63,680 nucleotides of DNA, filler included, from Lama guanicoe (GCA_013239625.1; 171 parts of 171 records of this genome joined end to end with filler, not necessarily neighbours in it); one strand, 5' to 3'; shown: positions 1 through 13,033, numbered from the whole stretch's first letter. Notes: a model not told the origin generated them from the sequence alone. Made by a program: numbers and translations.

Positions 1-272
1 ATAGATGGTGTGTCACAGCCAAGGGCGTAACAGAGAGCTGATGTCTAAGCTTACTTCCCTTATGTAATGTGCTCTAATTCCTAGACATGTTGAAAAGGAG
101 CATTTAAAGAAAATATCAGTAATAGCATTTAATTCCTGAAAAATAACCATTCCTGTGAGTATACCTGGGCAGATATAAGCAGCGCTGTTTCTCACTTTTC
201 TAGAGAATGATAGAGTTACATCATAGCACTTTCAACGGTTTGGTTATTTCTGTAATCTGAGACAGCAGTCTT

Positions 273-372
273 NNNNNNNNNNNNNNNNNNNNNNNNNNNN
301 NNNNNNNNNNNNNNNNTTAATTAATTAANNNNNNNNNNNNNNNNNNNNNNNNNNNNNNNNNNNNNNNNNNNN
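273..372. other. Artificial 100-nt contig linker N44-TTAATTAATTAA-N44; first of about 170 copies spaced every 372-374 nt across the window
   Basis: Identical palindromic 12-mer at 317..328 flanked by 44 N on each side. It gives TAA in all three frames on both strands and recurs to the end of the window. Confidence 0.99.
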
Positions 373-2232
373 TCCTGTTGCATTTGATGTGCTTGTTTGC
401 AGGACCAAATGATCTCCAGTCCTCTCCAAGGTCAGATTTATGAATAAAACTATTCAATACTTGTAAGTTGAACATAGGTATGAACTTGTTTTTTGTAGAA
501 TTTAGATCAGTGGCTAGGGGATTTCTTTCCCCATCATGTCCCTCCACTCTGCACAGCCCCAGCCTACTCCTCCACACACAGGCTGTCTCTCTATTTGCAC
601 TGGGTCCCTGGCTTTCGTCCTGCCCCTCCTCCTCCAGACTGGACNNNNNNNNNNNNNNNNNNNNNNNNNNNNNNNNNNNNNNNNNNNNTTAATTAATTAA
701 NNNNNNNNNNNNNNNNNNNNNNNNNNNNNNNNNNNNNNNNNNNNTGGCATCTGGGACACAGATTTGATTAGAGAAACTCCACTGATGTGTGTGCACACAC
801 TTACGTTATCAGAAAAAGTGATTTGTGTTTTTGTAGATGAGAAAAAAAAAATCTCCCGTGTGTCAGCCCCGGAGCTCCTGCACAGACACTTCCATGGAGA
901 CTTAACTCTCCAGCTACGGGCCGATCGTGAGCAACTTCCATTCACTTTGGCAAAAAGTGCAGTGAAATAGATCCACCAGAAACACGCTGATGATAGCCAG
1001 CTCTGACTGTGATCAGNNNNNNNNNNNNNNNNNNNNNNNNNNNNNNNNNNNNNNNNNNNNTTAATTAATTAANNNNNNNNNNNNNNNNNNNNNNNNNNNN
1101 NNNNNNNNNNNNNNNNGAAGGGGGAATAATGTAGTTATTTATACTTGATCCTAAATAAAATTCTAGCTGTGTGTCAAACAATTACACAAATTTGTATCCA
1201 ATTCTCTCCTGGATCATCTTCTTATAAAATGTTTCTCATCATACCCATTGCTAACAAAATTATATTTTATAATTTATTTGTTTATTTGTTTGCTATCCAT
1301 CTGTTACCCACTGGAATATAAGTTCCACACCAACACAACCCTGTTTGTATTATTCAATGTTGAATACACAGCTCCCTTATCTCTATGANNNNNNNNNNNN
1401 NNNNNNNNNNNNNNNNNNNNNNNNNNNNNNNNTTAATTAATTAANNNNNNNNNNNNNNNNNNNNNNNNNNNNNNNNNNNNNNNNNNNNGATTATAAATCA
1501 ATAAAAAATGTTTAAAAAATTAAAAAAAAAGAAAATCATGCTCACATTGCTGATTACCATGATGAGGTAGATGACTAGGAACCCTGCAAAAAGGACAGGC
1601 TGCAGCTCCGCCCCGTCTGTCAGTCCCAGGATAATAAACTCAGTCCCCACTGTGTAGTTTGTCCTTACCATTATGCTTGCTCAACTTCAAATGAGGCCTA
1701 AAGTAAAGGAAATAAAAATGCATTTGTCTTTGGTCATTTTTCCATTACCCACATCATGTCNNNNNNNNNNNNNNNNNNNNNNNNNNNNNNNNNNNNNNNN
1801 NNNNTTAATTAATTAANNNNNNNNNNNNNNNNNNNNNNNNNNNNNNNNNNNNNNNNNNNNTGGAGACTCCAGTGAATGAACATGATTGGCTTAGCTGAGG
1901 TCATGGGGCCAGGAAGGGTGGGACACCTTGAATGACAGTCTGAGAAATGCATGTGATGTGGGCTGAGAGTTTCCCAAGGCAGTATTCAGTGGCTGTGGTC
2001 AGGAGGAGATATGAATAGTTGGCAGGGTCTGCCCAGAAGCAAAAGTCTCTGATTCTGAGAAGCACATCATTAAAGAGTTCAGCATTTCATCATGGTTGAA
2101 ATGATGGTCTTTGAAATAACTGAACTAAGTTGNNNNNNNNNNNNNNNNNNNNNNNNNNNNNNNNNNNNNNNNNNNNTTAATTAATTAANNNNNNNNNNNN
2201 NNNNNNNNNNNNNNNNNNNNNNNNNNNNNNNN

Positions 2233-2504
2233 TTCCAGGTTCTTGTCCCATCCCAGAAAGAATTCAGAGACAAGACATAGAAGTTAAGAAAAGTAAAATT
2301 AGGATTTATTAAAGGATGGATAGTACACTCTTAAGGGGAGAGCGGGGAGGCTCAGGTGAGTGGCTGCCCTGAGTATCCTTGGCAAGTTAGTTACATTGGG
2401 TGTAAAAATGAATGAATGGAATGTTCATTGAGGAGGGAAGGGCTTGGGGTCCTAGTTCCTGATGATCATCCCAACTCCACCTTCCCAAAGGTAGGAGGGA
2501 TTTT
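2233..2504 (-). mobile_element. ERV1-class LTR fragment
   Basis: TTCTTGTC...AAGAATTCAGAGAC...GATTTATTAAAG...AGTACACTC...AGAGCGGG pattern typical of the reverse strand of MER4-group/ERV1 LTRs (AATAAA on minus strand); recognised from memory. Confidence 0.6.
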
Positions 2505-3348
2505 NNNNNNNNNNNNNNNNNNNNNNNNNNNNNNNNNNNNNNNNNNNNTTAATTAATTAANNNNNNNNNNNNNNNNNNNNNNNNNNNNNNNNNNNNNNNN
2601 NNNNCTGGAGGGAGGAGCCTCAGCCCAAAGTGTGGACTCTTAGTGATGGAGTCACAGGCATGGTTGCAGGTGGCAGAGAGATTTGGGGGAAGAGGACCTT
2701 CTAGCAGAACTCCTCACATCCTACCATCTGGACATACAGAGCACCACAAGTAGAATATCCTGGCTTTGACTGGCCTTGGCATGTGACAGAGAGGTTTAAA
2801 AAGGCCACATTCTGGGGCCAGGCCGAACTGGGAACAGATCCCATCTCAGTCACTGAGTCAGCAGGCAAGCGACCGCNNNNNNNNNNNNNNNNNNNNNNNN
2901 NNNNNNNNNNNNNNNNNNNNTTAATTAATTAANNNNNNNNNNNNNNNNNNNNNNNNNNNNNNNNNNNNNNNNNNNNACCAGACAGGCTTTATCCTGAGAG
3001 TCCTGCCTGAATGGAACCTCCTCCTACCCTTGGCATCCAACTTGTAGCAACCAATTCTTTCCGAATATCTGTGATGATCTACACTATAGCTGTTGGGTCA
3101 TACAACTCCCATAATGTGGAACTGGAGGAGACATGTGGAAGAGGCTGTAATGTTCCCATGGCCCAAGAATAATGTCCACTTGGGGAAAGTGACTATGACC
3201 TTGGGAAGAAATGCAACTTATGGGTTTTCTTACTTGCATCAAGTAACTNNNNNNNNNNNNNNNNNNNNNNNNNNNNNNNNNNNNNNNNNNNNTTAATTAA
3301 TTAANNNNNNNNNNNNNNNNNNNNNNNNNNNNNNNNNNNNNNNNNNNN

Positions 3349-3620
3349 TTTTTCAGATGATTTTTCTCCATCTATTGAGGTGATTATAGTTTTTCTCAGC
3401 CTGTTGATACAGTGAATTACAGTGGTTAATCTTCAAATGTTGATCACCCTTGCTTTCCTAAGATAAATTATCTTTTTTCAGGATATACAACCCTTTTTAT
3501 ATATTGATAAATTTGACTGACTAATATGTTGTTGAGGATTTACCTGTTCTGAACATTTCATACAAATGTAATCACACAACATGTGGTCTTTTGTCACTGG
3601 CTTCTTTCATTTAGCATGAT
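3349..3620 (-). mobile_element. Old LINE-1 (L1M) fragment
   Basis: CATCTATTGAGGTGATT...GTGAATTACA...TTTGACTGACTAATATGTTGTTGAGGATTT...CTGGCTTCTTTCATTTAGCATGAT resembles antisense L1 sequence. Confidence 0.7.
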
Positions 3621-4130
3621 NNNNNNNNNNNNNNNNNNNNNNNNNNNNNNNNNNNNNNNNNNNNTTAATTAATTAANNNNNNNNNNNNNNNNNNNNNNNN
3701 NNNNNNNNNNNNNNNNNNNNTTATCTACAAAGTTACTATTTTTATCATAAGTTTTGCAGCCACAATATCTTGTATTTTTATTTGACAATATAACATGTTG
3801 CTCTGTAGACAATCTTTGCATTTTAGCAATAGAATATGCAATTGTGAAAAGGTGGAATAGGGTCATAGAAACCAAGTATGAAGAGAGTTTGGAGAAGAAA
3901 AGGAGAGCCAGTGGTATCTAGGGAAGTTCAAGGGGAGGGCAGATTGAAAGTCTTCAATTTGACAGAAATAGGCCTTACGTAGAATGGTCAACNNNNNNNN
4001 NNNNNNNNNNNNNNNNNNNNNNNNNNNNNNNNNNNNTTAATTAATTAANNNNNNNNNNNNNNNNNNNNNNNNNNNNNNNNNNNNNNNNNNNNTTTTTTAC
4101 CCAATACAGGTACCTTATAAAAACTATCAA

Positions 4131-4364
4131 TTGAGAAAAAATGAACAATGTGAGAGTTGTGAGTCAAGTTTTATTGGGGACAAAATGAAGACTATAGCCC
4201 AGAAGACAGCATCTTGGAGAGCTCTGAGGATCTGCTCCAAAGAAGAAGGTGGGGACTTCAGTACACATGTAATTTTGGTGAAGGGGGGTACATGCAATAA
4301 AGCACATATTTTGGCAGAAGTTTGCTGCTAGTCACAAGGAGCAGATTCTCTGTTAATGATTTTA
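4131..4364. mobile_element. ERV1 LTR, MER41-like artiodactyl family
   Basis: GAGAGTTGTGAGTCAAGTTTTATTGGGGACAAAATGAAGACTATAGCCC...GCTAGTCACAAGGAGCAGAT...TTAATGATTTTA matches the remembered MER41-like LTR of artiodactyls. Confidence 0.7.
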
Positions 4365-5630
4365 NNNNNNNNNNNNNNNNNNNNNNNNNNNNNNNNNNNN
4401 NNNNNNNNTTAATTAATTAANNNNNNNNNNNNNNNNNNNNNNNNNNNNNNNNNNNNNNNNNNNNGCCGCCCAGAGCCAGAGTCCAGGCTCTTCCCACCGC
4501 ACGCCTTTTAAAGGGACCTCGGAGTTTTCTGTTCCTAACCTTTGTTCCTTCACCTCCTCTTCTTCTGAAGATATCCTGAAATTTAATCCTGTAAGTTTTA
4601 AATGAATAAAGCCCAGAAGGCAGCAGCAAAAAGAAGGGAGGGCCATTCGTGAATGAAAGAGACCAACGTGTTTCGGGAAGACAAGTCCATGGGAGAGTGT
4701 GGAGAGGAGAAGTAGACTGGGAAGATCTGCATTCTGNNNNNNNNNNNNNNNNNNNNNNNNNNNNNNNNNNNNNNNNNNNNTTAATTAATTAANNNNNNNN
4801 NNNNNNNNNNNNNNNNNNNNNNNNNNNNNNNNNNNNTGATTTTATGATATATAGCAAACTAAAATTTTTGCTTAACCCAAACTGTATCTTAGTGACAAAT
4901 TATGTAACATCAATAATACTTAGGAATGTAACATGAATATTATGCACAAGTAAGATAAATCATGTGTTCTAAATAATAGATTTCTTACTGATAAATAAGC
5001 GAAAGTACTTAGCAGCAAAAATAATATATCAGAGATGATATTAATTCCAAATAATGGTGAATCTGAGTTAGGGTTAATAGTTTCAATAAAGATAATCTGA
5101 ATTTTTTTNNNNNNNNNNNNNNNNNNNNNNNNNNNNNNNNNNNNNNNNNNNNTTAATTAATTAANNNNNNNNNNNNNNNNNNNNNNNNNNNNNNNNNNNN
5201 NNNNNNNNTCTCTGTTCTGTAACAGGGACAGATGCAGATCCCCCTCACAGCACTGGGGGCTATAATGGGATCTAGGAAGGAAGGTGCTGGGTGTGGGGAA
5301 GGGGCAGAGGGGGACACAGCACGTCTGGGGAGGAGCCAGAGCTGAGAAAGCTGGTGGCATCTGCAGTCCTTCCTCCCACCCTCCCGCTGCAGGGAGGGGC
5401 CCTGCCGACCTCCTGAAGGCCCTCAGCCCCACTAGGCCCCAGCCAAGCTGCTCCTGAAAACCCCAGTGGGCTATGTCTGGNNNNNNNNNNNNNNNNNNNN
5501 NNNNNNNNNNNNNNNNNNNNNNNNTTAATTAATTAANNNNNNNNNNNNNNNNNNNNNNNNNNNNNNNNNNNNNNNNNNNNCCCCCCCAACCAAAAAATAA
5601 AATAAATAAACCTAATTACCTTCCCCCGCA

Positions 5631-5756
5631 GGGGAGGAGGGTGTAACTCAGTGATAGAGCGTGTGTTTAGCATGCACAAGGTCCTGGGTTCAATCCCCAG
5701 CACCTCCGCTAAATGAATAAACCTAATTACCACTCCCCTACCAAAAAAAAAAAAAA
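5631..5756 (+). mobile_element. Near full-length Vic-1-type camelid tRNA-derived SINE, preceded by the tail of a second copy (5581..5627)
   Basis: A-box-like TAACTCAGTGATAGAG, B-box GGTTCAATCCC, tail AATAAACCTAATTACC followed by poly(A); the same tail motif occurs just upstream. Confidence 0.85.
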
Positions 5757-7069
5757 GGAGACATTCTGGGTTCAACTTTCTATACAAAATTTTTGAGTCA
5801 AAATATTTGACCACAAAACTTGTATTTAAAATTAAATGCCATGATAATTTGANNNNNNNNNNNNNNNNNNNNNNNNNNNNNNNNNNNNNNNNNNNNTTAA
5901 TTAATTAANNNNNNNNNNNNNNNNNNNNNNNNNNNNNNNNNNNNNNNNNNNNCCGCGAGCGCCCGCCCCATGGCAGGTCCAAGCCTTTCCGCTCTTGCAG
6001 AACTTTCCCCTCGTCCTGGACGTTGCAGAGGTAAAAACAGACACACTGGTTTCTTGTTTGCATCTCTTCCTTCTCTCTGTGGATTCGTCTCTGGGTGGTT
6101 TGGAGCCAGGGTGTCTAACTGGGGGAGGGACTGTGACCTTGTCAATTCCACTCAGCATCTTCAGTGGGGTCGTGCTTTACCCGGGGGTCTCAGGGTTCCC
6201 ACCGGAAAACTGGGGCAATGGGCCNNNNNNNNNNNNNNNNNNNNNNNNNNNNNNNNNNNNNNNNNNNNTTAATTAATTAANNNNNNNNNNNNNNNNNNNN
6301 NNNNNNNNNNNNNNNNNNNNNNNNCTGGCCCATTCCTCCAGGAACAGGGACTACTTCACTGAAACTGTGCCAGTTTTTCAGCCACAGGCTCATTCCTTTG
6401 AAGTAGGGGCTGTTCTACTGAAATTGGCTGAAAAGCCTTTGGCTCAATTTCTCCAGGATCGAGCTGTTTCCATAGAATTGGCTGTTACTAGCTTGCAAGC
6501 AGTTTGAACTGAGCTGTTTGCACTCTTTTTTACTCTGTAGTGATAAACCTCTAAGAAATGGGATCCCAGTTATTGCACTATTTTGAGGGTGCCCCANNNN
6601 NNNNNNNNNNNNNNNNNNNNNNNNNNNNNNNNNNNNNNNNTTAATTAATTAANNNNNNNNNNNNNNNNNNNNNNNNNNNNNNNNNNNNNNNNNNNNTGAT
6701 AGGTAGATGAGTAGATCATAAAAATGATTTATAGGTGGGTAGAGATAGATATGAAGACAGAAACATAAGAAAATGGTAGATGAAACAAATGTGGAAAAAT
6801 ATGAAATGTGTTGCATCTTGCTAGATAAATGAGTAGTCATTGCATTATAATTTCTGATTTTTCTATGTATTTACAAATTTTAATAATTCGAAGATTGCCA
6901 TCCATCTCAGGGGACCTCAAAATCCCAAGGGAAATGAGAAAGAGAATTTCATTACTATGAAATTTCTTTNNNNNNNNNNNNNNNNNNNNNNNNNNNNNNN
7001 NNNNNNNNNNNNNTTAATTAATTAANNNNNNNNNNNNNNNNNNNNNNNNNNNNNNNNNNNNNNNNNNNN

Positions 7070-7341
7070 GCTGTCAGTGCCATTTTTCCAACAGCATTTG
7101 CTCCCTTGGTGTCTCTGAGTCACGTTGGGGAGATTCTCAGCATGTCTCTACAACTTCTAAATTATTATTCTACTTGTTACGGTACCTATGATTTTGACAT
7201 TAGGACCAGGATTCACTGAAGGCCCAGAGAATGGCTAGTTTTTGGGGGGGGGGTTTGTTTTTTGTTTGTTTTTTTTTTTTAGCATGAAGTGTTTTTTAAT
7301 TGTAGTAGCTGCATTGTTTTGTTTTGTTTTTTTAAGACATA
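7070..7341. mobile_element. Tigger1 (TcMar-Tigger) DNA transposon fragment
   Basis: CTGTCAGTGCCATTTTTCCAACAGCATTTGCTC...GTCTCTGAGTCAC matches the remembered Tigger1 terminal region. Confidence 0.7.
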
Positions 7342-7441
7342 NNNNNNNNNNNNNNNNNNNNNNNNNNNNNNNNNNNNNNNNNNNNTTAATTAATTAANNN
7401 NNNNNNNNNNNNNNNNNNNNNNNNNNNNNNNNNNNNNNNNN

Positions 7442-7713
7442 ACAGAAATTTATTCTCTCATACCAGTGGAGGTCAGAGGTCAGAGCTCAAGGCGCTGGCA
7501 GGGCATATTCCCTTCAGAGGCTCTGAGGATCGCCTATCTCTTGTCTATCCCCAGTTCTGTCAGTTGGGGCTGCACCAGCCCGGTCTCTGCTCTGTCCTCA
7601 CATCAGCCCCTGCTCATCTGTGGGTCTCTCTCAAGCCGCCTCCACCTCTCTCTGGCAAGAAGGCATTGAGAGCCCACCTCTCAAAATTCTTTTAATCACA
7701 TCTCTTTCCATAG
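7442..7713. mobile_element. MLT1 (ERVL-MaLR) LTR fragment
   Basis: ACAGAAATTTATTCTCTCA...GGAGGTCAGAGGTC...AAGGCGCTGGCAGGGC...GAGGCTCTGAGG is a typical MLT1 pattern. Confidence 0.75.
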
Positions 7714-8186
7714 NNNNNNNNNNNNNNNNNNNNNNNNNNNNNNNNNNNNNNNNNNNNTTAATTAATTAANNNNNNNNNNNNNNNNNNNNNNNNNNNNNNN
7801 NNNNNNNNNNNNNAACTTAAAAAGGGTTTAATTCCTCTACCTGGAGTTGGTAAGTCTTACTACTATTTTATTCTAGCTTTTCTCTGGTTGACCTTATTTA
7901 CATAATTGAATTCACTTCCTTCCTTCCCCCATGGGTTTTTTCTTAAATTCTTGTAAGACTTCCCATAGGAAATAGGAACCAAGGTACATTGCACTTGCTT
8001 CTCAATTCTTCTTTTCCTGATCCTTTTTAGGTTAAAGAATGTGACAATAGCAACTTTGAAAGCTGGTTTTAAGTCTCTGATTTTTTNNNNNNNNNNNNNN
8101 NNNNNNNNNNNNNNNNNNNNNNNNNNNNNNTTAATTAATTAANNNNNNNNNNNNNNNNNNNNNNNNNNNNNNNNNNNNNNNNNNNN

Positions 8187-8458
8187 CCCTCTCATGTTGG
8201 ATCCTAATGACTTCATCTTAACTTGGTCACCTGCAAAGAGCCTATTTCCAGATAAGCTCCCGTGTACAGGTACCAGGTTCGCTTCAGTGTATCTTCTGGG
8301 GGACACAGTTCAACCCATGACAGGGCTCAGCACTCATCAGCTCATTGGTTAACCTTAGGGAGGGGGGGCTCAGACCCATTTTACGCATGGGGATAGCAAG
8401 GCTCCGAGGAATGGACTTGCCTGGGTCACGCAGCCAGTGGTGGTGGAGCCAGTTCAAC
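8187..8458. mobile_element. MLT1 LTR end followed by a MIR fragment
   Basis: CCTAATGACTTCATCTTAACTTG...CCTATTTCCAGATAAG...GGGGACACAGTTCAACCCATGACA, then the MIR-core-like CCCATTTTAC...GACTTGCCTGGGTCACGCAGC. Confidence 0.65.
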
Positions 8459-9809
8459 NNNNNNNNNNNNNNNNNNNNNNNNNNNNNNNNNNNNNNNNNN
8501 NNTTAATTAATTAANNNNNNNNNNNNNNNNNNNNNNNNNNNNNNNNNNNNNNNNNNNNTAGCTGATTCAAATCATCTGCCCTTCTTTAGCACAAGAGTGA
8601 TGGATCGCTGGTGAAACCACATGAAGCGGGAGCTACCTTCAAGACTGGCTTAGTGAGAGGCCCTGTTAGATCATGTTGAATGGCAGGTGGCTTGTGTTCT
8701 GCATTCTAGCCTTCACCTGAGTAGGGAGTTAAGGGACAGTTTAATTATACTCTCAGGAATCACGGAGGCTATGCCTATTCTTGGGGACAGGGGTGTTCCT
8801 CAAATCTCGTATATCATGGCCACAGGAGGAANNNNNNNNNNNNNNNNNNNNNNNNNNNNNNNNNNNNNNNNNNNNTTAATTAATTAANNNNNNNNNNNNN
8901 NNNNNNNNNNNNNNNNNNNNNNNNNNNNNNNCCCACTGGTTTTTGTGTTTGATGCTCTGCTCAGTGGTTCCCAGAGCATCCGCCGTGCCAATGTCTTGAC
9001 TTTAACCAGTAACACTGATTTTGAACTCTTGGCCTCCCGAATAAGGGAATGAATTTTTCTTTTAAACCATTAAGCTTGTAGTAATTTGTTACAGTGGCCA
9101 TGGGAAACTAACACGCATGGTTTTCCTCCGTTTGGTCAACACATCTTTGATGCGTGTCTTCTATGAGGTCCCCGCCATCCTCTGTTTATGCAGTGCTTCT
9201 GTCANNNNNNNNNNNNNNNNNNNNNNNNNNNNNNNNNNNNNNNNNNNNTTAATTAATTAANNNNNNNNNNNNNNNNNNNNNNNNNNNNNNNNNNNNNNNN
9301 NNNNGCTTGTCTCATCTTTGATTTCTATTTTACTGTTGTGCTGAAGTATGCTAATAAAATGAGGAAAACAGTGTAACAAACACATGTTCCTGAAATTATT
9401 CCTTAATTAAAAGCAAAACATTAAATGGGAACAATATTCATATCTTGAGATGGAGAGGTCAAAGAGGAAGACACACACTGTGGGGAAAGGCACTATTTTT
9501 AAGGACAAAAAATCGTATTCACACAACTAAAGCCATCACATGTAGGAAGCAGGCTGCAAGTTTTCCTCTCTGGTCTCNNNNNNNNNNNNNNNNNNNNNNN
9601 NNNNNNNNNNNNNNNNNNNNNTTAATTAATTAANNNNNNNNNNNNNNNNNNNNNNNNNNNNNNNNNNNNNNNNNNNNACGCTGCTGTCCTTTACACGGGC
9701 ATTGTTGCAGCCTGAATGGCCAGGCTAGCCGCCTACTGAGGCTGTTCCTCCTGAGTGGTTACATTTTGAAAGGATCACCACAGGCTAAGAGGAGCCCATC
9801 TCTCCCCAG

Positions 9810-9887
9810 GGGCCCCGGAACCAGAGGCACGAAAGTCGGCTCATCCAGGAGGACGGTCTGCTCACGTACACTGTTGGTCAGCTCATC
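9810..9887 (+). CDS. Candidate internal coding exon, 78 nt, phase 0-0 (GPRNQRHESRLIQEDGLLTYTVGQLI); gene not identified
   Basis: Pyrimidine-rich acceptor TCTCTCCCCAG, consensus donor GTAAGT, length divisible by 3, open reading frame. Confidence 0.4.
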
Positions 9888-10050
9888 GTAAGTGTCCCCA
9901 GCTCATCCTACCAAACCCACGAGAACCTCGTATGTCCTAGAGAACCAATCNNNNNNNNNNNNNNNNNNNNNNNNNNNNNNNNNNNNNNNNNNNNTTAATT
10001 AATTAANNNNNNNNNNNNNNNNNNNNNNNNNNNNNNNNNNNNNNNNNNNN

Positions 10051-10323
10051 TTTTGTTGGGGGTTTGTCACAAGGGCACCCTCAGCCCACCAAAGTCCCAG
10101 CCTCCCAGAAGGAAGGCAGATGTTAACCATGAATCACATTTCTGTACCAACAGTCTTGGCACCCTGGTGCAGCACCGCGTGGGGCTCCAGGCCCACAGAA
10201 CAACCTTATCACTTGGTAACGCAGGGAACAGCTCAAAAGCCAAGTCCCCAAGTGTCAGCCAAGGGCTAACCCTAGAGCAGGCTCTTCTAAAGGCCCCTCT
10301 GATGATGACAACCTCAGGCCTGC
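10051..10323. mobile_element. ERVL LTR fragment (MER77/MER68/MER21-like)
   Basis: CCTCCCAGAAGGAAGGCAG...AAAAGCCAAGTCCCCAAGTGTCAGCCAAGGGCTAACC...CTCAGGCCTGC. Confidence 0.55.
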
Positions 10324-10796
10324 NNNNNNNNNNNNNNNNNNNNNNNNNNNNNNNNNNNNNNNNNNNNTTAATTAATTAANNNNNNNNNNNNNNNNNNNNN
10401 NNNNNNNNNNNNNNNNNNNNNNNCTGCTGGGGTGCTGGGTTCAGCCTTTTCTCCAACGCCTTTCCCCATTTTTACCTCGTCTGTCCATGCCCACAGAGCA
10501 GAAAGCACGACTTTTCTAAATGCAGATGTAATCAGATCGTCACGCTTGTTTGAACTCCTCCCAGACATCCAAGTCTCAGAACAGAGACTAAATTCCTGGT
10601 TGCGGCCCCCGGCTTCCTGCTGGATGGTCCTGCCCACCGCTCCGGCGACGTGCCCCTCTGTCACTCCCTCCTTCTCTGTTGCAGTCCACCTGGCTGNNNN
10701 NNNNNNNNNNNNNNNNNNNNNNNNNNNNNNNNNNNNNNNNTTAATTAATTAANNNNNNNNNNNNNNNNNNNNNNNNNNNNNNNNNNNNNNNNNNNN

Positions 10797-11068
10797 ACAA
10801 GATGCTCATCATCACTAATCATCAGGGAAACGCCAATCAAAACCACAGTGAGATACCACCTCACCTGTTGGAATGACTTACCAAAAAGGCAAGAAATAAC
10901 AAATTTGCGGAGAAAAGGAAAGCCTTGTGCACTGTTGGTGGGAACGTAAATTGGTGCGGCCGTTACGGAAAACAGTATGGAGAGTCCTCAAAAAATTAAA
11001 AATAGAAATACCACATGATCCAGCAATCCCACTTTGGGGTATTTATCTGAAGACTATTAAAACAGTAG
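10797..11068 (+). mobile_element. LINE-1 ORF2 C-terminal region fragment
   Basis: Translates to [39 protein letters not shown], the L1 ORF2 Cys-rich C-terminal signature. Confidence 0.92.
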
Positions 11069-13033
11069 NNNNNNNNNNNNNNNNNNNNNNNNNNNNNNNN
11101 NNNNNNNNNNNNTTAATTAATTAANNNNNNNNNNNNNNNNNNNNNNNNNNNNNNNNNNNNNNNNNNNNCGAGAACAGTAAAGCTTAGAAAGGATTTTCTT
11201 TTACCAGTAGGTACTTCCACAATGTGTGATGGCTAATGGCATTATCATTTATTTCCTTTGTTCCAGATGCCTTTTTATGTTGATCAAGAAAGCGTTTAAA
11301 GTCAGTTGCTAACTGTGCCAACATGAAAAACATTAGCAGCCACCTTTTCTCAAGTGATTTTGCTAATATTTTTGGTACCTCTTTAACCTGCGCCAGAAAA
11401 TAATTTTTAACAATTAACAAATCTTAACAGATCCTGCAAATNNNNNNNNNNNNNNNNNNNNNNNNNNNNNNNNNNNNNNNNNNNNTTAATTAATTAANNN
11501 NNNNNNNNNNNNNNNNNNNNNNNNNNNNNNNNNNNNNNNNNTGGGACCTCCTCATCCTCCCTCTCAGGAGCCCTCTCTGTAGAGCAGTGCAGACGTGAAT
11601 AAGACTACACTGGCATTAGAACATTTCCAAACAAAACTTATTTTTATTCCCATTTTACATGTATCACCGCAAGGTGCTACTCCCCCCCACAGCTGACCAG
11701 ATCCACATCCCCAGCCCTCTAACTCCCACCACCCCACCCCACCCCATCCCACCCTGGCCCTGATGGTCCAGCCCTCCCTCCCTGCCCCGCACATCAGCCA
11801 GGATCAGCACTGGANNNNNNNNNNNNNNNNNNNNNNNNNNNNNNNNNNNNNNNNNNNNTTAATTAATTAANNNNNNNNNNNNNNNNNNNNNNNNNNNNNN
11901 NNNNNNNNNNNNNNCGGAGCTGCAGAAAATCCTTGGGAAAGACGTTGATTTTTTAGAGGTAAAAATCCTTTATTCCATCTCTGTTACTTAATGCCTTATA
12001 TTGCCAGGTTCTCTAGAGACATTAAAAAAACGTTTAGGACCACTCTGTGAAGGGTCAAAGTATCAGGGGAAATGTTAGTTTCCACGCAGTTAAAATTATC
12101 CACACCAAAACACAATGGAAAGAGGGCCTTAACTATTCAGAATTATAATATTAGCATAAATGAATTAGAAACAAATTAAAAAGCTTTNNNNNNNNNNNNN
12201 NNNNNNNNNNNNNNNNNNNNNNNNNNNNNNNTTAATTAATTAANNNNNNNNNNNNNNNNNNNNNNNNNNNNNNNNNNNNNNNNNNNNCCGTTTCAGACTA
12301 CCTCTTTCATGTTGACAACATGTGGGTAAGAAACACGAGCCCTTACGATGACGATGATCATGATCAACACTTACGTGAAGGGCACTGAGCTCGGAACTAT
12401 GGGCACGTGCTGTCATTTCATTCCCATGACAGCTTCGATCAACGCTGACAACTCCCGTTAGGGAAGAGGAGGCTTGGATGTCTCATCATTCATCCTGGGT
12501 CCTCCGGCTCCGGGGAGGTTAGGTCCCTGGGATCCAGACCCATGTCCTTCCCACGCGCTGNNNNNNNNNNNNNNNNNNNNNNNNNNNNNNNNNNNNNNNN
12601 NNNNTTAATTAATTAANNNNNNNNNNNNNNNNNNNNNNNNNNNNNNNNNNNNNNNNNNNNTTTAGCTAATGGCAGTCTGTTCTCAGGAAAGTTCCAAGAT
12701 GCTTCTAGAACACCTTTTTTAAAAACTTTAAAAACTCTCTAAACTCTAAAGGAATACAAATGCCAAGCACAGTCAAAGTAGAACTAATACAAACTAACCA
12801 AAAACGCATATATCCGAAAATTCACCCGGCCACACGAGACAGTTTTTATTTCACACTAATCAATGAGCGCCTGTTTTCATGGCCCTGGCTCACTGCTCCT
12901 GCTAACACGCCCAGACAACGTGGGGCATTCGAANNNNNNNNNNNNNNNNNNNNNNNNNNNNNNNNNNNNNNNNNNNNTTAATTAATTAANNNNNNNNNNN
13001 NNNNNNNNNNNNNNNNNNNNNNNNNNNNNNNNN

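Noticed and set aside
4540..4575. Possible 36-nt minus-strand mini-exon (ISSEEEEVKEQ), superficially casein/phosphoprotein-like
   Set aside because: Weak donor (GTTAGG) and too short to tell from purine-rich background; no recognisable homology.
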